NCBI GenBank assembly: GCA_030264375.1
Contig: JASCQW010000148.1
Location: forward strand, 39,514,245-39,578,244
Direction: 5' to 3'
DNA length: 64,000 bases
Source: Carcharhinus longimanus
Lineage: Eukaryota
Shown: in pieces, positions 1 through 13,616 of the stretch
Layout of the letters: the number at the start of each line of letters is the position of its first letter
Position numbering within the stretch: position 1 is the stretch's first letter
Program-made: the position numbers and the translations under genes
Notes under the pieces: model-generated
Seen by the model: the letters and a program-made list of their open reading frames with translations, nothing else
Database searches by the model: none
What the model was told of the DNA's origin: nothing

Positions 1-2
1 GA

Positions 3-173
3 ACAGAGCAACCCCTGACACCCAAAAAACTCTTCACAGAAACAGTTGCTCCACAAATATCGAAGGACGTTCAGGAAGGGAATTTTGATCTGAACAATCT
101 TGAAAAGTATGGCTTTGACCCTACACAAGAGGGGAAGCTGTTCCAATTGTTTCCAAAAAATTATGTGCATTAA
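3..173 (+). CDS. MRPL41: Mitochondrial ribosomal protein L41 (mL41), 3' part of CDS (5'-truncated by window)
   Basis: Frame 3 reads [56 protein letters not shown], matching the recalled vertebrate MRPL41 C-terminus ([20 protein letters not shown]); TAA at 171-173; sits next to DPH7 as in human. Confidence 0.93.
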   Translation, partial: TEQPLTPKKLFTETVAPQISKDVQEGNFDLNNLEKYGFDPTQEGKLFQLFPKNYVH

Positions 174-371
174 TTAGAACTGGATTGTTTGCTACACTGA
201 ATTGCCAGATGAATAGGAAGTAATCACCACCTGTGGTGTCATCTCAATTACATCTATGCTGGATGTTCCTCAGTGGTTATAGTTTTACTGCACTGGAATG
301 TCAGAAGAGATGTCAAATACTACACTTATACCAAGTTGGTTTGTATTTTGTTTGTGTATCAGAATTACCTA

Positions 372-377
372 ATTAAA
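372..377 (+). terminator. Candidate polyadenylation signal (ATTAAA) for MRPL41
   Basis: ATTAAA ~200 nt after the MRPL41 stop, before the repeat-rich region begins. Confidence 0.4.
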
Positions 378-479
378 TCTCATCTTTTATCACATCTGGT
401 GCCGTAGTGCTGAATTCAAAAATTCTCCCAGTCTTCTGACTTTATACTCGTTTTGGCAATACTGTTTTTCTCTGTTCTA

Positions 480-1540
480 ATAAGATATAGGAGCAGAATT
501 AGGCCATTCAGCCTATCACGTCTGTTCCACTATTGAATCATAGCTGATATGATTCCCATCCCCATTCTCCTGCCTTCTCCCTGTAACCCTTGAGCCCCTT
601 ATTGACGAAGAACCTATCTATCGCTGTCTTGAAGACACTCAATGACCTGGCCTCCACAGCCCTCTGTGGCACTGAGTTCCACAGATTCACCACTCACTGG
701 TGAAGAAATTCCTCCACATCTATTTTAAAGGAGCACCCCTTCACTCTGAGGGTGTGCCCTCGAGTTCTAGTCTCTTCCACTAGTGGAAACATCCACTCTA
801 TCTCAATCTCTCGGTATTCTATAAATTTTAATTAGATTGCCCCTCATCCCTCTCAACTCCATCGAGCATAGACCCAGACTCCACAACCATTCTTCATATG
901 ACAAACCCTTCATTTCTGGGATCGTTCTTGTGAACCTCCTCTAGACCCCGTCCAGGGCAGCACATTGTTCTTTAGGCACAACTTCTCACAANNNNNNNNN
1001 NNNNNNNNNNNNNNNNNNNNNNNNNNNNNNNNNNNNNNNNNNNNNNNNNNNNNNNNNNNNNNNNNNNNNNNNNNNNNNNNNNNNNNNNNNNTGGGATCGT
1101 TCTTGTGAACCTCCTCTAGACCCCGTCCAGGGCAGCACATTGTTCTTTAGGCAAAACTTCTCACAATATTCCAAATGGGGTCTGACCAGAGCCTTATACA
1201 GCTTTAGCAGTACATACCTGCTTTTATATTCCAGCCCTCTAGAAATGAATGCTAACATTGAATTTGCCTTCCTAACTGCCAACTGAAGCTGCACGTTAAC
1301 CTTGAGAGTCCTGACCCAGGACTCCCCAGTCCCTTTGTGCTTCAGATTTCTGAAGCCTTTCCCCATTTAGAAAATAGCCTACGCCTCTATTCTTCCTACC
1401 AAAGTGTGTAACCTCAAACTTACCCATATTGTATTACATCTTCCACTTCTTCGCCCACTCCTAGCCTGTCCAAGTCATTCTGCAGCCTCCCCACTTCCTC
1501 AACACTGCATGTCCCTCTACGTATTGTTGTATCATCCTAA
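480..1540 (-). mobile_element. CR1-type LINE 3' fragment
   Basis: ORF2 remnant KANSMLAFISRGLEYKSRYVLLKLYKALVRPHLEYC plus 3' tail. Confidence 0.85.
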
Positions 1541-1984
1541 TGCTCTAACTTATTTTGTTAATCACTTTTTCCATGTTTTTATTCCTTAAGGGACTGTATA
1601 CCTTTAAACAAATTAATTCTTGGAATTATCATTACTCAATTACGTATCTTTGAATCTGGTTTCCCAATCTACCCTAGTCAACTTGCCAATCATATCTACA
1701 TGTGTTTTTAAGAGCCTAATTTCAAACATAACTATTCAGCAATCTTTGGCTGTCCTCGGCTTTGAGGATGATGTCTAATCAGGGTTGTGAGTTTCCTCCA
1801 TTTGACTGAACAGGCTGATTCTTGACCTGCAGATCTTTGGTCACACAGGCAGGACATGTTATGAAGTAGCGAGATTGGAACTGAAGAATTTGCTTCCTTT
1901 CATTCTCTGCCTCATCATTAAGGTATTTTGACACAAAGCATGGTACAAGTTAATGAGCCTATTTAACTTCATCTTAAATGCATG

Positions 1985-2395
1985 TGGGCAGCACAGGGGC
2001 TAAGAACATAAGAAATAGGAGCAGGAGTAGGCCATCTAGCCCCTCAAGCCTGCCTGCCATTCAATAAGATCATGGCTGATCTGAAAGTGGTTCAGTTCCA
2101 CTTGCCTGCTCCCCATAACCCTTAATTCCCTTTTTATTCAGAAACTGATCTAGCACTGCTGTCTCTCAGCACCAGGGACGCGGGTTCAATTCCTGGCTTG
2201 GGTCACTGTGTGTCTGCGTGGGTTTCCTCTGTGTGCTCCAGTTTTTTCCCCACAGTCTAAAAGACGTGGTTAGGTGCATTGGCTATGCTAAATTCTCCAT
2301 GTACCCAAACAACTGCCAGAGTGTGGCAACTAGGGGATTTTCACAGTAACTTCATTAGTGTCAACTATTGTCTACTTCTGACAGTAAAAAACTAT
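1985..2395 (+). mobile_element. V-SINE (alternative tail) interrupted by a reversed CR1 3' tail at ~2001-2150
   Basis: SINE head split by TAAGAACATAAGAAATAGGAGCAGGAGTAGGCC. Confidence 0.7.
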
Positions 2396-4109
2396 ACTAT
2401 TCACCTCACCCCACTATTAGTGAGTTCCACATTCTAACTACATGCTTAAAAAAGGACTACATGAACACTTCGATTTGTTGACTATCTTATTTTCATGGCT
2501 CCGAATTTTACTCTAGCCACCCTTCTGTCTTTTCTGGCAAAAATAGCTCCCGTGTATTCTGTTTTTCCTGACGATTTACAATCTCTTTTCTGGTATCTTT
2601 GTAAATCCTTTTACAATATGTAGTCCAGAGCTGCTCACAGTATTTAAGTGTAATCTAACTAAGGTTGTACACAGGTTTACCACAACTTCCTGCTTTTTCA
2701 ATTCTATCTCTCTAAACATGAACGTAATGCTTTGTTAGCAATTTTATAGCTATTAACTTGCATTGTGTTTAATGATTTGTGAGGATGTACCTCTGGATCC
2801 CACTGTTCTTTTAGCCAATTAAGACTCTTATTTTCTAAAGCATAACATAGAATCCCATAATACAGAAGGAGGCCAATTGGTCCTTTGAGTCTGCACTGAC
2901 AACAATCACACCAAGGCCCTATCCCCATAACCCCATGCATTACCCTGGCTAGTCCCACTGACGCTAAGGGGAACGTACCATGGTCAATACACCTAACTCG
3001 CACATTTTTGGACTACAGGAGGAAACCCACCTCTTCATTCCTCCTACCAAAATACACGTACTTACATTTTTATAATTACCAAATTAAGTACAGATAAGTA
3101 CCACATTAACTTTATTCCCCTCCAGATTTCCAGTTTGTTCTTTCAACAGAGCTAGAACATGTCACTCAAAGGGTGGTGAATCTCTGGAATTCTCTGCCCG
3201 TTGAAGTGGTGGAGGCTGCCTCGCTAAATATTTTTAANNNNNNNNNNNNNNNNNNNNNNNNNNNNNNNNNNNNNNNNNNNNNNNNNNNNNNNNNNNNNNN
3301 NNNNNNNNNNNNNNNNNNNNNNNNNNNNNNNNNNNNNTCTTATTGAATGGCGGGGCAGGCTCGAAGGGCCAGATGGCCTACTCCTGCTCCTATTTCTTAT
3401 GTTCTTATGTCATACGTTTGAAACAAGTATGGGGAAAACATTAAGGGAAGTTTTGTGATGGAGTGGAAGGAGAGACTAAATTACAAAAGGGATGATGATA
3501 ATTGGACATGTAACTAAAGATAGGTCAACAAGCAGGTGTAAATGGAAATGGAAATAACAATTATCAGCAACAGCTGCCATCCTGAAAAAAAAGGATCAAT
3601 GTTTAGGATCTGAATTGTTGAAGTCAACATTAGCTTAACATTTGTCATAGGAAAAATGTTGGAAGGAAGATGTTACAGCAGGGCACTTAGAAAACTTTAA
3701 TGCAATCAGGCAGAATCAACAAGGTGTTACGATTGATCAATTTATTGGCGTTCTTTGAAGGAGTCATGTGTTGTGGATAAAGGGGAACTTGTGGATATAC
3801 TGTACTTAAATTTCCAGAAGGTATTTGACAAGATACCCCATTAAAGGTTATTGTAGAAAATAAAAGCTCATGGTGTCGGGATAACATTAGCATGGGTAGA
3901 ACAGGTGTAGGCATAAATAGGTCACTTTCTGGTTGGCACAATGTACTAAGTAGTGCTACAGGGATCAGTACTGGGGCCTCAACTTTTCACTTTCATCCAG
4001 ATCATTTATAAATTGAATGGTTACTAAATTTGCGGTTGATGCTTATTCCATTATCATCTTTATTGCATTGCACCATAACTTAATCACTACTGCCTTCCAT
4101 CTTTATCAA

Positions 4110-5390
4110 AAAACAAAACAGGACAGGATCAGGCCCTTCGGCCCTCCAAGCCTGCACTGATCATGTGTTCCTAACTAGACCATCCATTTGTATCCCTCTA
4201 TTCCCAGTCTGTTCATGCGGCTATCTAGATAAATCTCAAATGACCCTAACGTGTCTGCCTCAACCACCTTGCATGGTAGTGCATTCCAGGCCCCCACACC
4301 CTTTGTGTAAAAAAAAATGTCCCCTGCACATCAGTAAAGAACCTTGCCGCCCCCCCCCTCCCTTGCACNNNNNNNNNNNNNNNNNNNNNNNNNNNNNNNN
4401 NNNNNNNNNNNNNNNNNNNNNNNNNNNNNNNNNNNNNNNNNNNNNNNNNNNNNNNNNNNNNNNNNNNNNNNNNNNNNNNNNNNNNNNNNNNNNNNNNNNN
4501 NNNNNNNNNNNNNNNNNNNNNNNNNNNNNNNNNNNNNNNNNNNNNNNNNNNNNNNNNNNNNNNNNNNNNNNNNNNNNNNNNNNNNNNNNNNNNNNNNNNN
4601 NNNNNNNNNNNNNNNNNNNNNNNNNNNNNNNNNNNNNNNNNNNNNNNNNNNNNNNNNNNNNNNNNNNNNNNNNNNNNNNNNNNNNNNNNNNNNNNNNNNN
4701 NNNNNNNNNNNNNNNNNNNNNNNNNNNNNNNNNNNNNNNNNNNNNNNNNNNNNNNNNNNNNNNNNNNNNNNNNNNNNNNNNNNNNNNNNNNNNNNNNNNN
4801 NNNNNNNNNNNNNNNNNNNNNNNNNNNNNNNNNNNNNNNNNNNNNNNNNNNNNNNNNNNNNNNNNNNNNNNNNNNNNNNNNNNNNNNNNNNNNNNNNNNN
4901 NNNNNNNNNNNNNNNNNNNNNNNNNNNNNNNNNNNNNNNNNNNNNNNNNNNNNNNNNNNNNNNNNNNNNNNNNNNNNNNNNNNNNNNNNNNNNNNNNNNN
5001 NNNNNNNNNNNNNNNNNNNNNNNNNNNNNNNNNNNNNNNNNNNNNNNNNNNNNNNNNNNNNNNNNNNNNNNNNNNNNNNNNNNNNNNNNNNNNNNNNNNN
5101 NNNNNNNNNNNNNNNNNNNNNNNNNNNNNNNNNNNNNNNNNNNNNNNNNNNNNNNTTTGATCCCATGAGATTTAACCTTTTGCACCAGCCTGCCATGAGG
5201 GACCTTGTCAAATGCTTTACTAAAATCCATGTAGACAACATCCACGGCTCTTCCCTCGTCAATCATTTTTGTCACCTCCTCAAAAAATTCAACCAAATTT
5301 GTGAGGCATGACATCCCTCGTACAAAATCATGTTGTCTATCGCTAATGAGACTATTCAGTTCTAAATGTGTATAGAAGCGGCTATACACA
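4110..5390 (-). mobile_element. CR1-type LINE fragment (RT)
   Basis: QHDFVRGMSCLTNLVEFFEEVTKMIDEGRAVDVVYMDFSKAFDKVPHGRL; mostly gap. Confidence 0.85.
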
Positions 5391-6602
5391 TTTCAAAGGC
5401 CTCCCTTTTGTTTGTCCTTCCCCTCCTTTCCTGCCTCTACTTACATCACATCTGCAAATATAAAATGTAAACATTTAAAGCCTTATACTTTTGAAATACA
5501 GCTGCCCTTTACACCTTCCACTGTTCCTTACTAAATGCTGGTCTCAGACATTAACATAACATCTAGGCAGAGGGTGAAAGGTAGGAACTATTGACAAACA
5601 GAGAAAGGCATCATAAGATTTTTCACTCCTTAGAAAAATACCTGAGCATGTAATTTCAAGATCGTCAAGAGGTGATCATTACTTTAAAAGAAACTAAAGT
5701 CCTCTTTCAAGAAAAGAAAAATTAAGCTTAGAATGAAAAGTAAAAGCCCAGACATGATCTAATAACCAAAGGTTTCATTTTAATTACATTCTGGAGCTCC
5801 TTTAATTTTGTACATATTTACAAACCAATTTATACATCAATTATAGAAAGATTGAGACAAAAATAGTTTTGACTAAATACTTCAGTAAAATAAACTTAGC
5901 CTTACCTGACATTCAGGAAATCCCAAAGCAGCTTTTAATAAGAACACTGAGGTCTGAGACATTGTGAACACAGTGGCCCATAGGACCAAGGGAAAGGTTT
6001 CTTACAAAGAGGTTCAATTGCATAGATTTTCATCTCACCACAAGAAGTGTGAACTGGGATAATTTACCAGCCATGAGATGTGGTCTGAGACACGTTTAGA
6101 AAGCACCAGCATATGCATTATTGCCTGAGATACTATGACAGGTCTGACACCAAACACTTTTTTTTCTAAAATCAAGGAGAAATCTTAGGTGATGACAGAC
6201 CTGGGTGTCTTTCAGAAATTCATTCTCTCTCCAATTTTGTGTTTAACCTTCCTGTCAGTATGCCTAGTGGCACCAGGAAGGATATTGAGACATTTTTGGA
6301 CTGTAATGCAATATGTATTACAATTCATAATATATTTCTGGATTTTTAAGTATCATGTTTCTTATATAACAAGGACCAATTAATGGTGTATTTATCTGCT
6401 TACTTCTGGCAGTACACTTCTGCAGCTTACTAAGATTAAAAAAATGCCAGTAGAAACCAGCCACCCCATATCACTATTACTCCATCTTTGTAACACAACA
6501 TAGTGTTCCATCCTCTAATATTCCTATAGAATAGATGAAACAAACAAGACAAACTGTCAGTCACTGCTCCTCATCCCCACAGACATCAATTATGCAATTG
6601 AA

Positions 6603-6608
6603 TTTATT
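6603..6608 (-). terminator. Candidate DPH7 polyA signal AATAAA (a distal ATTAAA also lies at ~5779-5784)
   Basis: TTTATT on + strand ~30 nt past the DPH7 stop. Confidence 0.35.
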
Positions 6609-6637
6609 CAATACTTTGAGTTGTAACTTTTAAAAAA

Positions 6638-7101
6638 TTAACTAGAAGATACAATATTACTTCTTTCCCATCTCCAAACATGCAAAATATGGTCATAAAA
6701 AGAACATGTTGCCAAAAGACTAGCTTTATTTTTAGTCCAATGAACATCAGCTTCAGGACTGTGCTCCTTTGCTACTGCAGGGTCCACATTTAGACTTTCA
6801 GATGTACCACTGGCCTGTAAACTGCCAAGACACCCATCTCCAGAATCATCTGGCTCATCTTCCAGAACCATATCAAATAAGCCAGTGGGAGATTCATACT
6901 GAAGCTTCAGGTGCTGGAACTTGACCTCCGCTTCCTTTGCTCCTTGGTCATATTCCCTTTTGTTCTGGATTAAAGATGATACAGGTCCATGTTCAGTGGT
7001 GAGCTGAGCATCAAGTGACAATCTCGACCAGTCCGCCCCATAGGCTAGTGAGTTGTGCAATATGTAGGAATAAAGAATGGGGGTTCCTTTGTCATCTGTA
7101 G
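6638..7101 (-). CDS. DPH7: DPH7 last coding exon (9)
   Basis: ..DDKGTPILYSYILHNSLAYGADWS...ASLLATCSFYDHILHVWRWERSNIVSSS*; acceptor ttccttccag (alternative in-frame AG 6 nt further on, exon start 7095); TAA at 6640-6638; joined CDS is 1416 nt and in frame. Confidence 0.93.
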
Positions 7102-7283
7102 CTGGAAGGAAAAGCATCAAGATAAAGTCAAAAATCAACTATGTGCTACAGTAAACGGCAATTCCACTGGATTGCTAGAAAAAAATTAATGGGGCCATAG
7201 GTTTAAAGCTTAAGAGAATGGTTCTGAGAGTCTACTGCCAAGTACACTGACACCAAACCTGGGACTTGTCCATTTTGGGGTGT

Positions 7284-7570
7284 CACGGTGGCAGGTATTG
7301 CTGCCTCACAGCACCAGGGACCCAGGTTTGATTCCCGGTTTGGGCCATTGTCTGTGTGGAGTTTGCACATTCTCTTTATGTCTGCATGGGTTTCCACCCA
7401 CAATCCAAGGATGTGTGGGTTAGGAGGATTGACCATGACAACTTGACCCTAATGTCAGGGAGATTAGCAGAGTATATATTTGCGTTACAGGGATAGGGCC
7501 TGGATGGGATTGTGGTCAGTGCAGACTTGATGGACTGAATGGCCTCCTCCTGCCCTGCAGGAATTCTACG
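7284..7570 (+). mobile_element. V-SINE (HE1-like)
   Basis: Same head, core and tail motifs. Confidence 0.8.
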
Positions 7571-8774
7571 ATCTGGTTCAACTACACACTACCTTAAACA
7601 GATATATTAGACGCGTCTTGATTCCCACTTCACTGGTCACAAGATCACATCAATCACTAGCTTACAACAGCATCTAGTGAAATTGTGTGAAAGTTCATGA
7701 CTTGAAACCTTCTTGACATCACACCAGTGGTTAACAGATGTATCCGATGAGCAGCTGATTTGTACAGGCTGGGAACATTGCAGGCTGAAGTCTCAACTGA
7801 ACACAGTTTGTTAATTTCAACATTTGTAATACTATAAATAGATCAGGAAATTCAGCACAAACCAAAGTTCCTGTTTTCTTCCCCATCCAGGGTCCCCAAT
7901 TAAATGTGCATTGGTGTGGATAATGGAAAAGAATAGGATTGAGGTTGATTGTTTTGGCCTGGTGCTCAAACAAATAAACAGTGAAAAAAACACTGCAATC
8001 AGAGTGTAGTCACAGAACGTTAGCAGGATTCGTACAAGATGGTGAAGCCAACTTTCCTTGCTTGAGTTTTTAAATCAACTTGGTACATTCCTCAACCACA
8101 TCCAGCACCCCAGCTATCCCCTATTTGTGTGAACAAATATCCATCATGTTTCCCTCAATGAAATTGAAATTGGCAACAGGAGGGGGAAAAGTGATTTTTT
8201 GAACATATGAAATATGTGTAAGCAGACCATTTTGCATACAGCACAATCTCACAAACAGCAATGAGATCATTGTTAATTATTTTGTCTTGGTGGCATTAGT
8301 TCAAAAATGTCAAGGCTACAGTTGTTCGTCTCCCGCTTTCTCTTCTCTAACTTATGCTGGTTACAATTACAATTCCTGGTTACAAGGGTCAGCAGTTCTC
8401 TGGTACCCTGACCATGTAAACATAGCTCTTGTACAATCCCACGGTCACCATCCTAGCTGGAACTAATCCTTCCCTCATTTAACATCAACACGCTGGCTTT
8501 CTACCAATGAGGAGCCAAACCATAGTTGATCTTCTCCCCCAGCCAGCCCAGAGATACTAAATTCAAATTTACTTGTCTAATTGCTGTCTCTGCTGAGATG
8601 AGGTTATTCACTAGACCAATCAAGCCTGTGATATTTCTAGCCTCTATGGTTTAATTCTGCTGCAGACAGTTAATTTACTCACTAGGTAGCTGCTAAGCCT
8701 GCTATACAACATTATTTTCATTTTAGTGGTTGGACATCAGCATTTAAAATACGCTTTAGCTTTATGGCTCCCAC

Positions 8775-8962
8775 CTGCCAAAGAGTCACTGAGTGTCTCC
8801 TCACAGTTCAGGATATGGTACCCATTGTGCATGCAAGCTGCAAGCAGCAGGTTCTCCTGAGTTGGATGCCACTTCACTCTCCAGACACCTCCCTGGACAT
8901 GAGTATCTGTCAGAGGCTGTTTCATCTGTCGAGAATCCCAGATAAGAACATGCTCATCATAG
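8775..8962 (-). CDS. DPH7: DPH7 coding exon 8
   Basis: [62 protein letters not shown]; tgtag acceptor, CAG|GTGGGA donor (3' boundary slightly less certain). Confidence 0.9.
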
Positions 8963-9426
8963 CTACAGACAAAACAGAAACAAATCAGTTTATGTTAATA
9001 GCTACTCAAATCCAAATGTTTCAGGCACAGGAACTAAAACCAACTTTAAAATATTGCTGAGTCAATCACAAATTTGTGGTTGGAGTACAGGATTTCATTT
9101 TTCTCCAGAAAAAGTACTTTTTGAATGCAGTTTTTCTGCTCAACCTCCTATTACTGGAAAGGGGCTGGGGAAGGTACACCGTCAGCAGAATTGGGGAAAT
9201 ACAGAGATCAATGAAAGTTAATATAAAAATACATGATAGGTGCCTTTACTGATCAGTGTTCACAGGCTTTGCTTTGGGCAAAATGTCAACTATTGTCCTT
9301 ACTGTTTTCCCAAAGACAAACTGAGACAACATTTGAGTTCACCTTCATGTAGCAGAACAACACAAATAGTGACCACTGTTTATGAATATTGGTAAGCAAT
9401 GCTTTTAAGTCAAGCAGAAATTTTAC

Positions 9427-9492
9427 CTTCCAGTAGCCAGGACGTGTTGCTTGTGGGGGTTGCTTTGGATGCTGCATACTCCCATCGAATGC
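9427..9492 (-). CDS. DPH7: DPH7 coding exon 7
   Basis: HSMGVCSIQSNPHKQHVLATGS; tttcag acceptor, GTAAAA donor; 66 nt. Confidence 0.93.
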
Positions 9493-10394
9493 CTGAAAAA
9501 CATTTTTTTTAAATTAATCTTCGTCTTGGGGTTTTCTATTTCCTTTCCAATCCTCAATTAGTACATCAGTTGGGAAAGATTGCATCAGGACCAGCAGCTC
9601 ATAAGTCAGGTATCTCAGCTAGAGTGGCAGAAGTGATATTACTGGACTCAATGCCACTGGGGAGAAATATCAGGTTAGGTTTCCATTCTTGGATTGTTAT
9701 CCATGTGGATGTTGATTGAAGACAGGATCAAGTTCCCCTGGGATAGTCTGATACATTGCTAAGATTCTGTGCAAATTATTCTACAGAGTCTTAGCCCGAA
9801 CTTTGATTCAGCACAAAACATCACAAAATAAATATACGCAAAAAGAAGAAACATGTATAACAAGAACACTAGCTCTTGTTAAAATGTCTAAGGACAAAAA
9901 ACATGAGAACTGGAAGCAGATATCAATTCACTGCTATAGAATAAGTCTCTGACTAGATGATACAGTGGCTTTAACTACCATCCTTACACCTCTGGGATCC
10001 ACACAATTCTCCCCACGAATGTTTTATCCAAAAAATGTTTGCAGCAGTCTCAATTTAATTCCCATGAAGGCCTTTGGCATAACTTTTGTCCATGGAATTG
10101 TACACAGCAAACTGTACTGAGCACGTTGATAGACTTAACCTGAGAGACTGATACTTGGCGTAAGAGGATCTTTCTTCTGAATTTAAACTATACTCTAACC
10201 CTTGGGAGTGCTTAATATTTTGAAAGTGTGTTCCATTCTGCTGGTTTGCTATGACTCACTTAATTGAAGCACAAAGATTCATCAGCGTATAAACATTTTA
10301 AATATAAAACCTTATTCAAATCTTTAAAGAATATGGTTTTATTGCCCATGCATTATTAAAAACAGTGATCCCAACAAATAATACACGTATTTAC

Positions 10395-10467
10395 CCTTTG
10401 TTGATAAAGATTGGTCTGTCAGTCCCCATCCGTATGTCCCAGCCTTTGAGTTTGCTATCGTCTCCTC
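10395..10467 (-). CDS. DPH7: DPH7 coding exon 6
   Basis: GGDDSKLKGWDIRMGTDRPIFINKG (WD repeat); ctccag acceptor, GTAAAT donor; 73 nt. Confidence 0.92.
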
Positions 10468-11047
10468 CTGGAGGTGGGAGGAAGAATCAGGCAGTAATCC
10501 TACAGGCCACAATTTTCTAATCAGCTTACAAATTAAACATCTCAAATCATACAACTGAATGGATCAGAGTACCAAAACTGACCCCTCTGCCTAAGGAAGC
10601 AGAGAAATCAGCTAGGGAGGAATACTAAACTGCTGACGCATCAATGCAGATGCCAGGAGCTGACTCAGCTGTGATGCTTTTCATAAATGCAAACCTTACC
10701 AATATTCATAAATGAAAAAATCCAATATCCAGCTACTGTACCTCAGCAAAGAAAGAAAAATTAGCAGGGAAACACATTTAAAAATCTACACAGCACAAAT
10801 AAATTTTGATTGTGGGTACAACCACATTGAATGTTGAAATTATAAGCCTTCCATTTAAGCATCATTAAGGCAAGGCACAGCTAAACATGGCCTTATATTG
10901 AAGCCATCAGGTACTGAATCCTACATGACAGTTCACCATAATTCAAAACTGTTAAGTTACAAAATAAGCATGAAGGAAGTGTCAACTTAAATTAGTACAG
11001 TTTTGTAAAATTGTACTAGAGAACAAAGCAAATGAAAAAACTGGAAA

Positions 11048-11296
11048 TTAGCACTCCAGCCTCTCAGCACCAGGGACCTGCAATTCTGGCCTTAGACGAC
11101 TATGCTATACGTTTGCACATTCTCCAGTGTCTGCGTGGGTTTCTTCCCAAAGTCCAAAGGTGTGCGGGTTAGGTGGCTTGGCCATGATAAATGCGTGTCG
11201 TTATGGGGATTGGATAGAGGGCCTGGGTGAGATGCTCTTTCAGAGTCACCGCAGATTTGATGGGCCGAATGGCCTCTCTCTGTAGGGATTCTATGG
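11048..11296 (+). mobile_element. V-SINE (HE1-like)
   Basis: Same motifs, diverged. Confidence 0.75.
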
Positions 11297-11599
11297 GTCT
11301 AGCTGAAAATGTTAGAAAACCAGATGGTTAGATTGCTGGTTTACATGTAAAGCAAAAGACAGAAAATACTTGGGTCAGACAGCATCTACAGAAAGTGAAA
11401 GAATTAATGTTTTTGGTTGATGATCTTTCATCTAACCTAGAATAAGTTAGAGCTGCAACAGGTGTTAAGAAAGCATGGGCAGGGAAAAAACAAACAAAAA
11501 ACTCTGATAGGGTGGAAAGTGGAAGGGCTAATGATGCCAAGCAAGATTGTGGTAATGGGACAAGTTAAGAAACCAATACATTGCACCTGCAGCAAACTG

Positions 11600-12140
11600 A
11601 CCACAAAAGTACAAGAGTTGGGAAATCACGTTGCAGCTATATAAAATCTTCGTTAGGCCACATGTGGAGTATTGCGTGCTGTTCTGGTTGCCACACTACC
11701 AGAAGATTGTGGAAGCTTGGTAGAGTGCACTAAGAAGGTTCACCAGCAGTCTCAATTTAATTCCCATGAAGGAGGAGGCTGAGGGGAGACATGGTAAGGT
11801 CCACAAAATTATGAGGGGCATAGACAGGGTGGATAGTCGAAGGCTTTTTCCCAGGGTGGAGGTATCAATTACAAGGGGACACAGGTTCAAGGCGAGGGGA
11901 CAGAAAGTTTAACGGAGATGTGCGAGGTGGGTGCCTGGAATGTGCTGCCAACGAAGGTCGTGGAAGCAGACATGTTAGCAATATTTAAGGGTTGGGTACA
12001 TGAATAGGAAGGGAATAGATGGATATGGACCAACTAAGGGCAGAAGGGTTTTTTCTTAGTTTAGTTAGGGCATCATGATGGGCACAGGTTGGAGGGCCGA
12101 CAGGCCTGTTCCTGTGCTGTACTTTTCTTTGTTCTTTGAT
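11600..12140 (+). mobile_element. CR1-type LINE 3' fragment
   Basis: Degenerate ORF2 end and GCCTGTTCCTGTGCTGTAC tail. Confidence 0.75.
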
Positions 12141-13061
12141 GTTCACTTATAAAGTCGAACAGTACTGAGTTGTATTAAAGTTGCAGTGGGTGTCACTCAC
12201 TAGACCATTATTTTCCCTCTGTCTTTAATTAAAGCAAGGCAAATTCAACCACATTGCTCAGGCAGGCATCATAGATCAGTTAGATCATGACTATGTTCAT
12301 TAGAAAATATTTACATTAGTGGGTTTCTATTGACCTGGAAGCTGAAAGGCCACTTGCCCACTGGAGCAAGAAAAATGACCCACCATTTATTATCTTCTCT
12401 GCTTCTGTTCATTCTGGCTAACGCTAAGTGATGCGCATTTAGGTCTGTGGGGCCACTCTGAAGCAATGCAAAGCAGGGCTGGCCTTCAGACAGACAGTGA
12501 GCCAATTGCTCTTGAAATTTTCTAGAGAAATCTAGTGATACGGGGATAGTAACTGAATAATCCAGTGGTTGGAGGTTTTTGCAAAACAGTTGAGGTGTGA
12601 GAGGGATAGACAGCACTGCACGGTTGCCAATTATTTGAATTTTGCAATTTTGGCAAGCTGGGGCAATGCAGAAAACATCCAAATGAGTTCAATCAGCATC
12701 TTGAGAAAAACAGTTAACATTTCAGGGTATTGGCTTGTCATTGGAACAGTTCTATTGAAAGGTCATTGACCGAAGCACAGACGCTGCCTGCCCTGAGTAT
12801 TTCCAGCATTTCTATTTCAGATTTGCAGCATCCATAGTATTTTGTTTTTGTATCCAAATGTTTTCAGCCTTGATCTCATTAGATTTGTTAAACCAAGCAT
12901 GTGAAAGCAAAGGGCATTGCTGGCGTAAAAGCAGAGATTACAGGAGATTGGCCAGGAGCCAAAGGTCTATTTGTGTCTGGGGACACTTCAGAAATGGGAG
13001 GAGGCAAAAGTATAAGCAAGGTGATAGTCAAAGTGCAGATCCAATATGTAGATTCATTTTC

Positions 13062-13362
13062 AGTGGTTAGCACTGCTGCCTCACAGCGCCAGGATCCCTG
13101 ATCCAATTCTGGCCTCGGGTCACTGTCTGTGTGGAATTTGTACATTCTCCCGACGTCTGTGTGGGTTTCCTCCGGGTGCTCTGGTTTCCTCCCACAGTCC
13201 AAAGATGTGCGGGTTATGTTGATGGCCATGATAAATTAACCCTAGTGTCAGAGGATTAGCAGGGTAAACGTGGGATTACGGGAATAGCGCCTGGATGGAA
13301 TTGTGGTCAATGCAGACTCGATGGGCCAAATGGCCTCCTTCTGCACTATAGGGATTCTATGA
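13062..13362 (+). mobile_element. tRNA-derived V-SINE (HE1-like)
   Basis: GTGGTTAGCACTGCTGCCTCACAGCGCCAGG head, central GGGTTTCCTCCGGGTGCTCTGGTTTCCTCCCACAGTCCAAAGATG domain, CR1-like tail. Confidence 0.85.
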
Positions 13363-13616
13363 TAAATGCTATATGATTTTAAAAAGAAATTTAGTGGGCA
13401 CTTGAAGGAAATAAATATGTAGCACCATAAGGATCGAGTGGAGAAGTGAGACTGGAACATTTTGCAGGAAGCTGGCATGGATTCGATAGGCTGAATAGCC
13501 TCCTTTAATTTTTTTAAAGTAATTCCATGGTTCTTTAAGTGGATCTAAAACCAAACGGCATCAAATCACCTGATCTGTGGCCAATTAGCTACATGTGACA
13601 AGAGTATTGAACATCT

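Noticed and set aside
917-1166. ~75-bp direct repeat on both sides of a 100-N gap
   Set aside because: Near-identical sequence flanking a fixed-size gap is typical of unmerged contig overlap, not a real tandem duplication.
4165-5389. Long ORFs of 200-350 aa in the ORF track (also near 30.3, 42.2 and 53.8 kb)
   Set aside because: Their length comes from N runs translated as X; the real parts are LINE remnants or non-coding.
13062-13130. tRNA-like A/B box sequences at many sites
   Set aside because: They are SINE heads continuing into the V-domain and LINE-derived tail, not tRNA genes.
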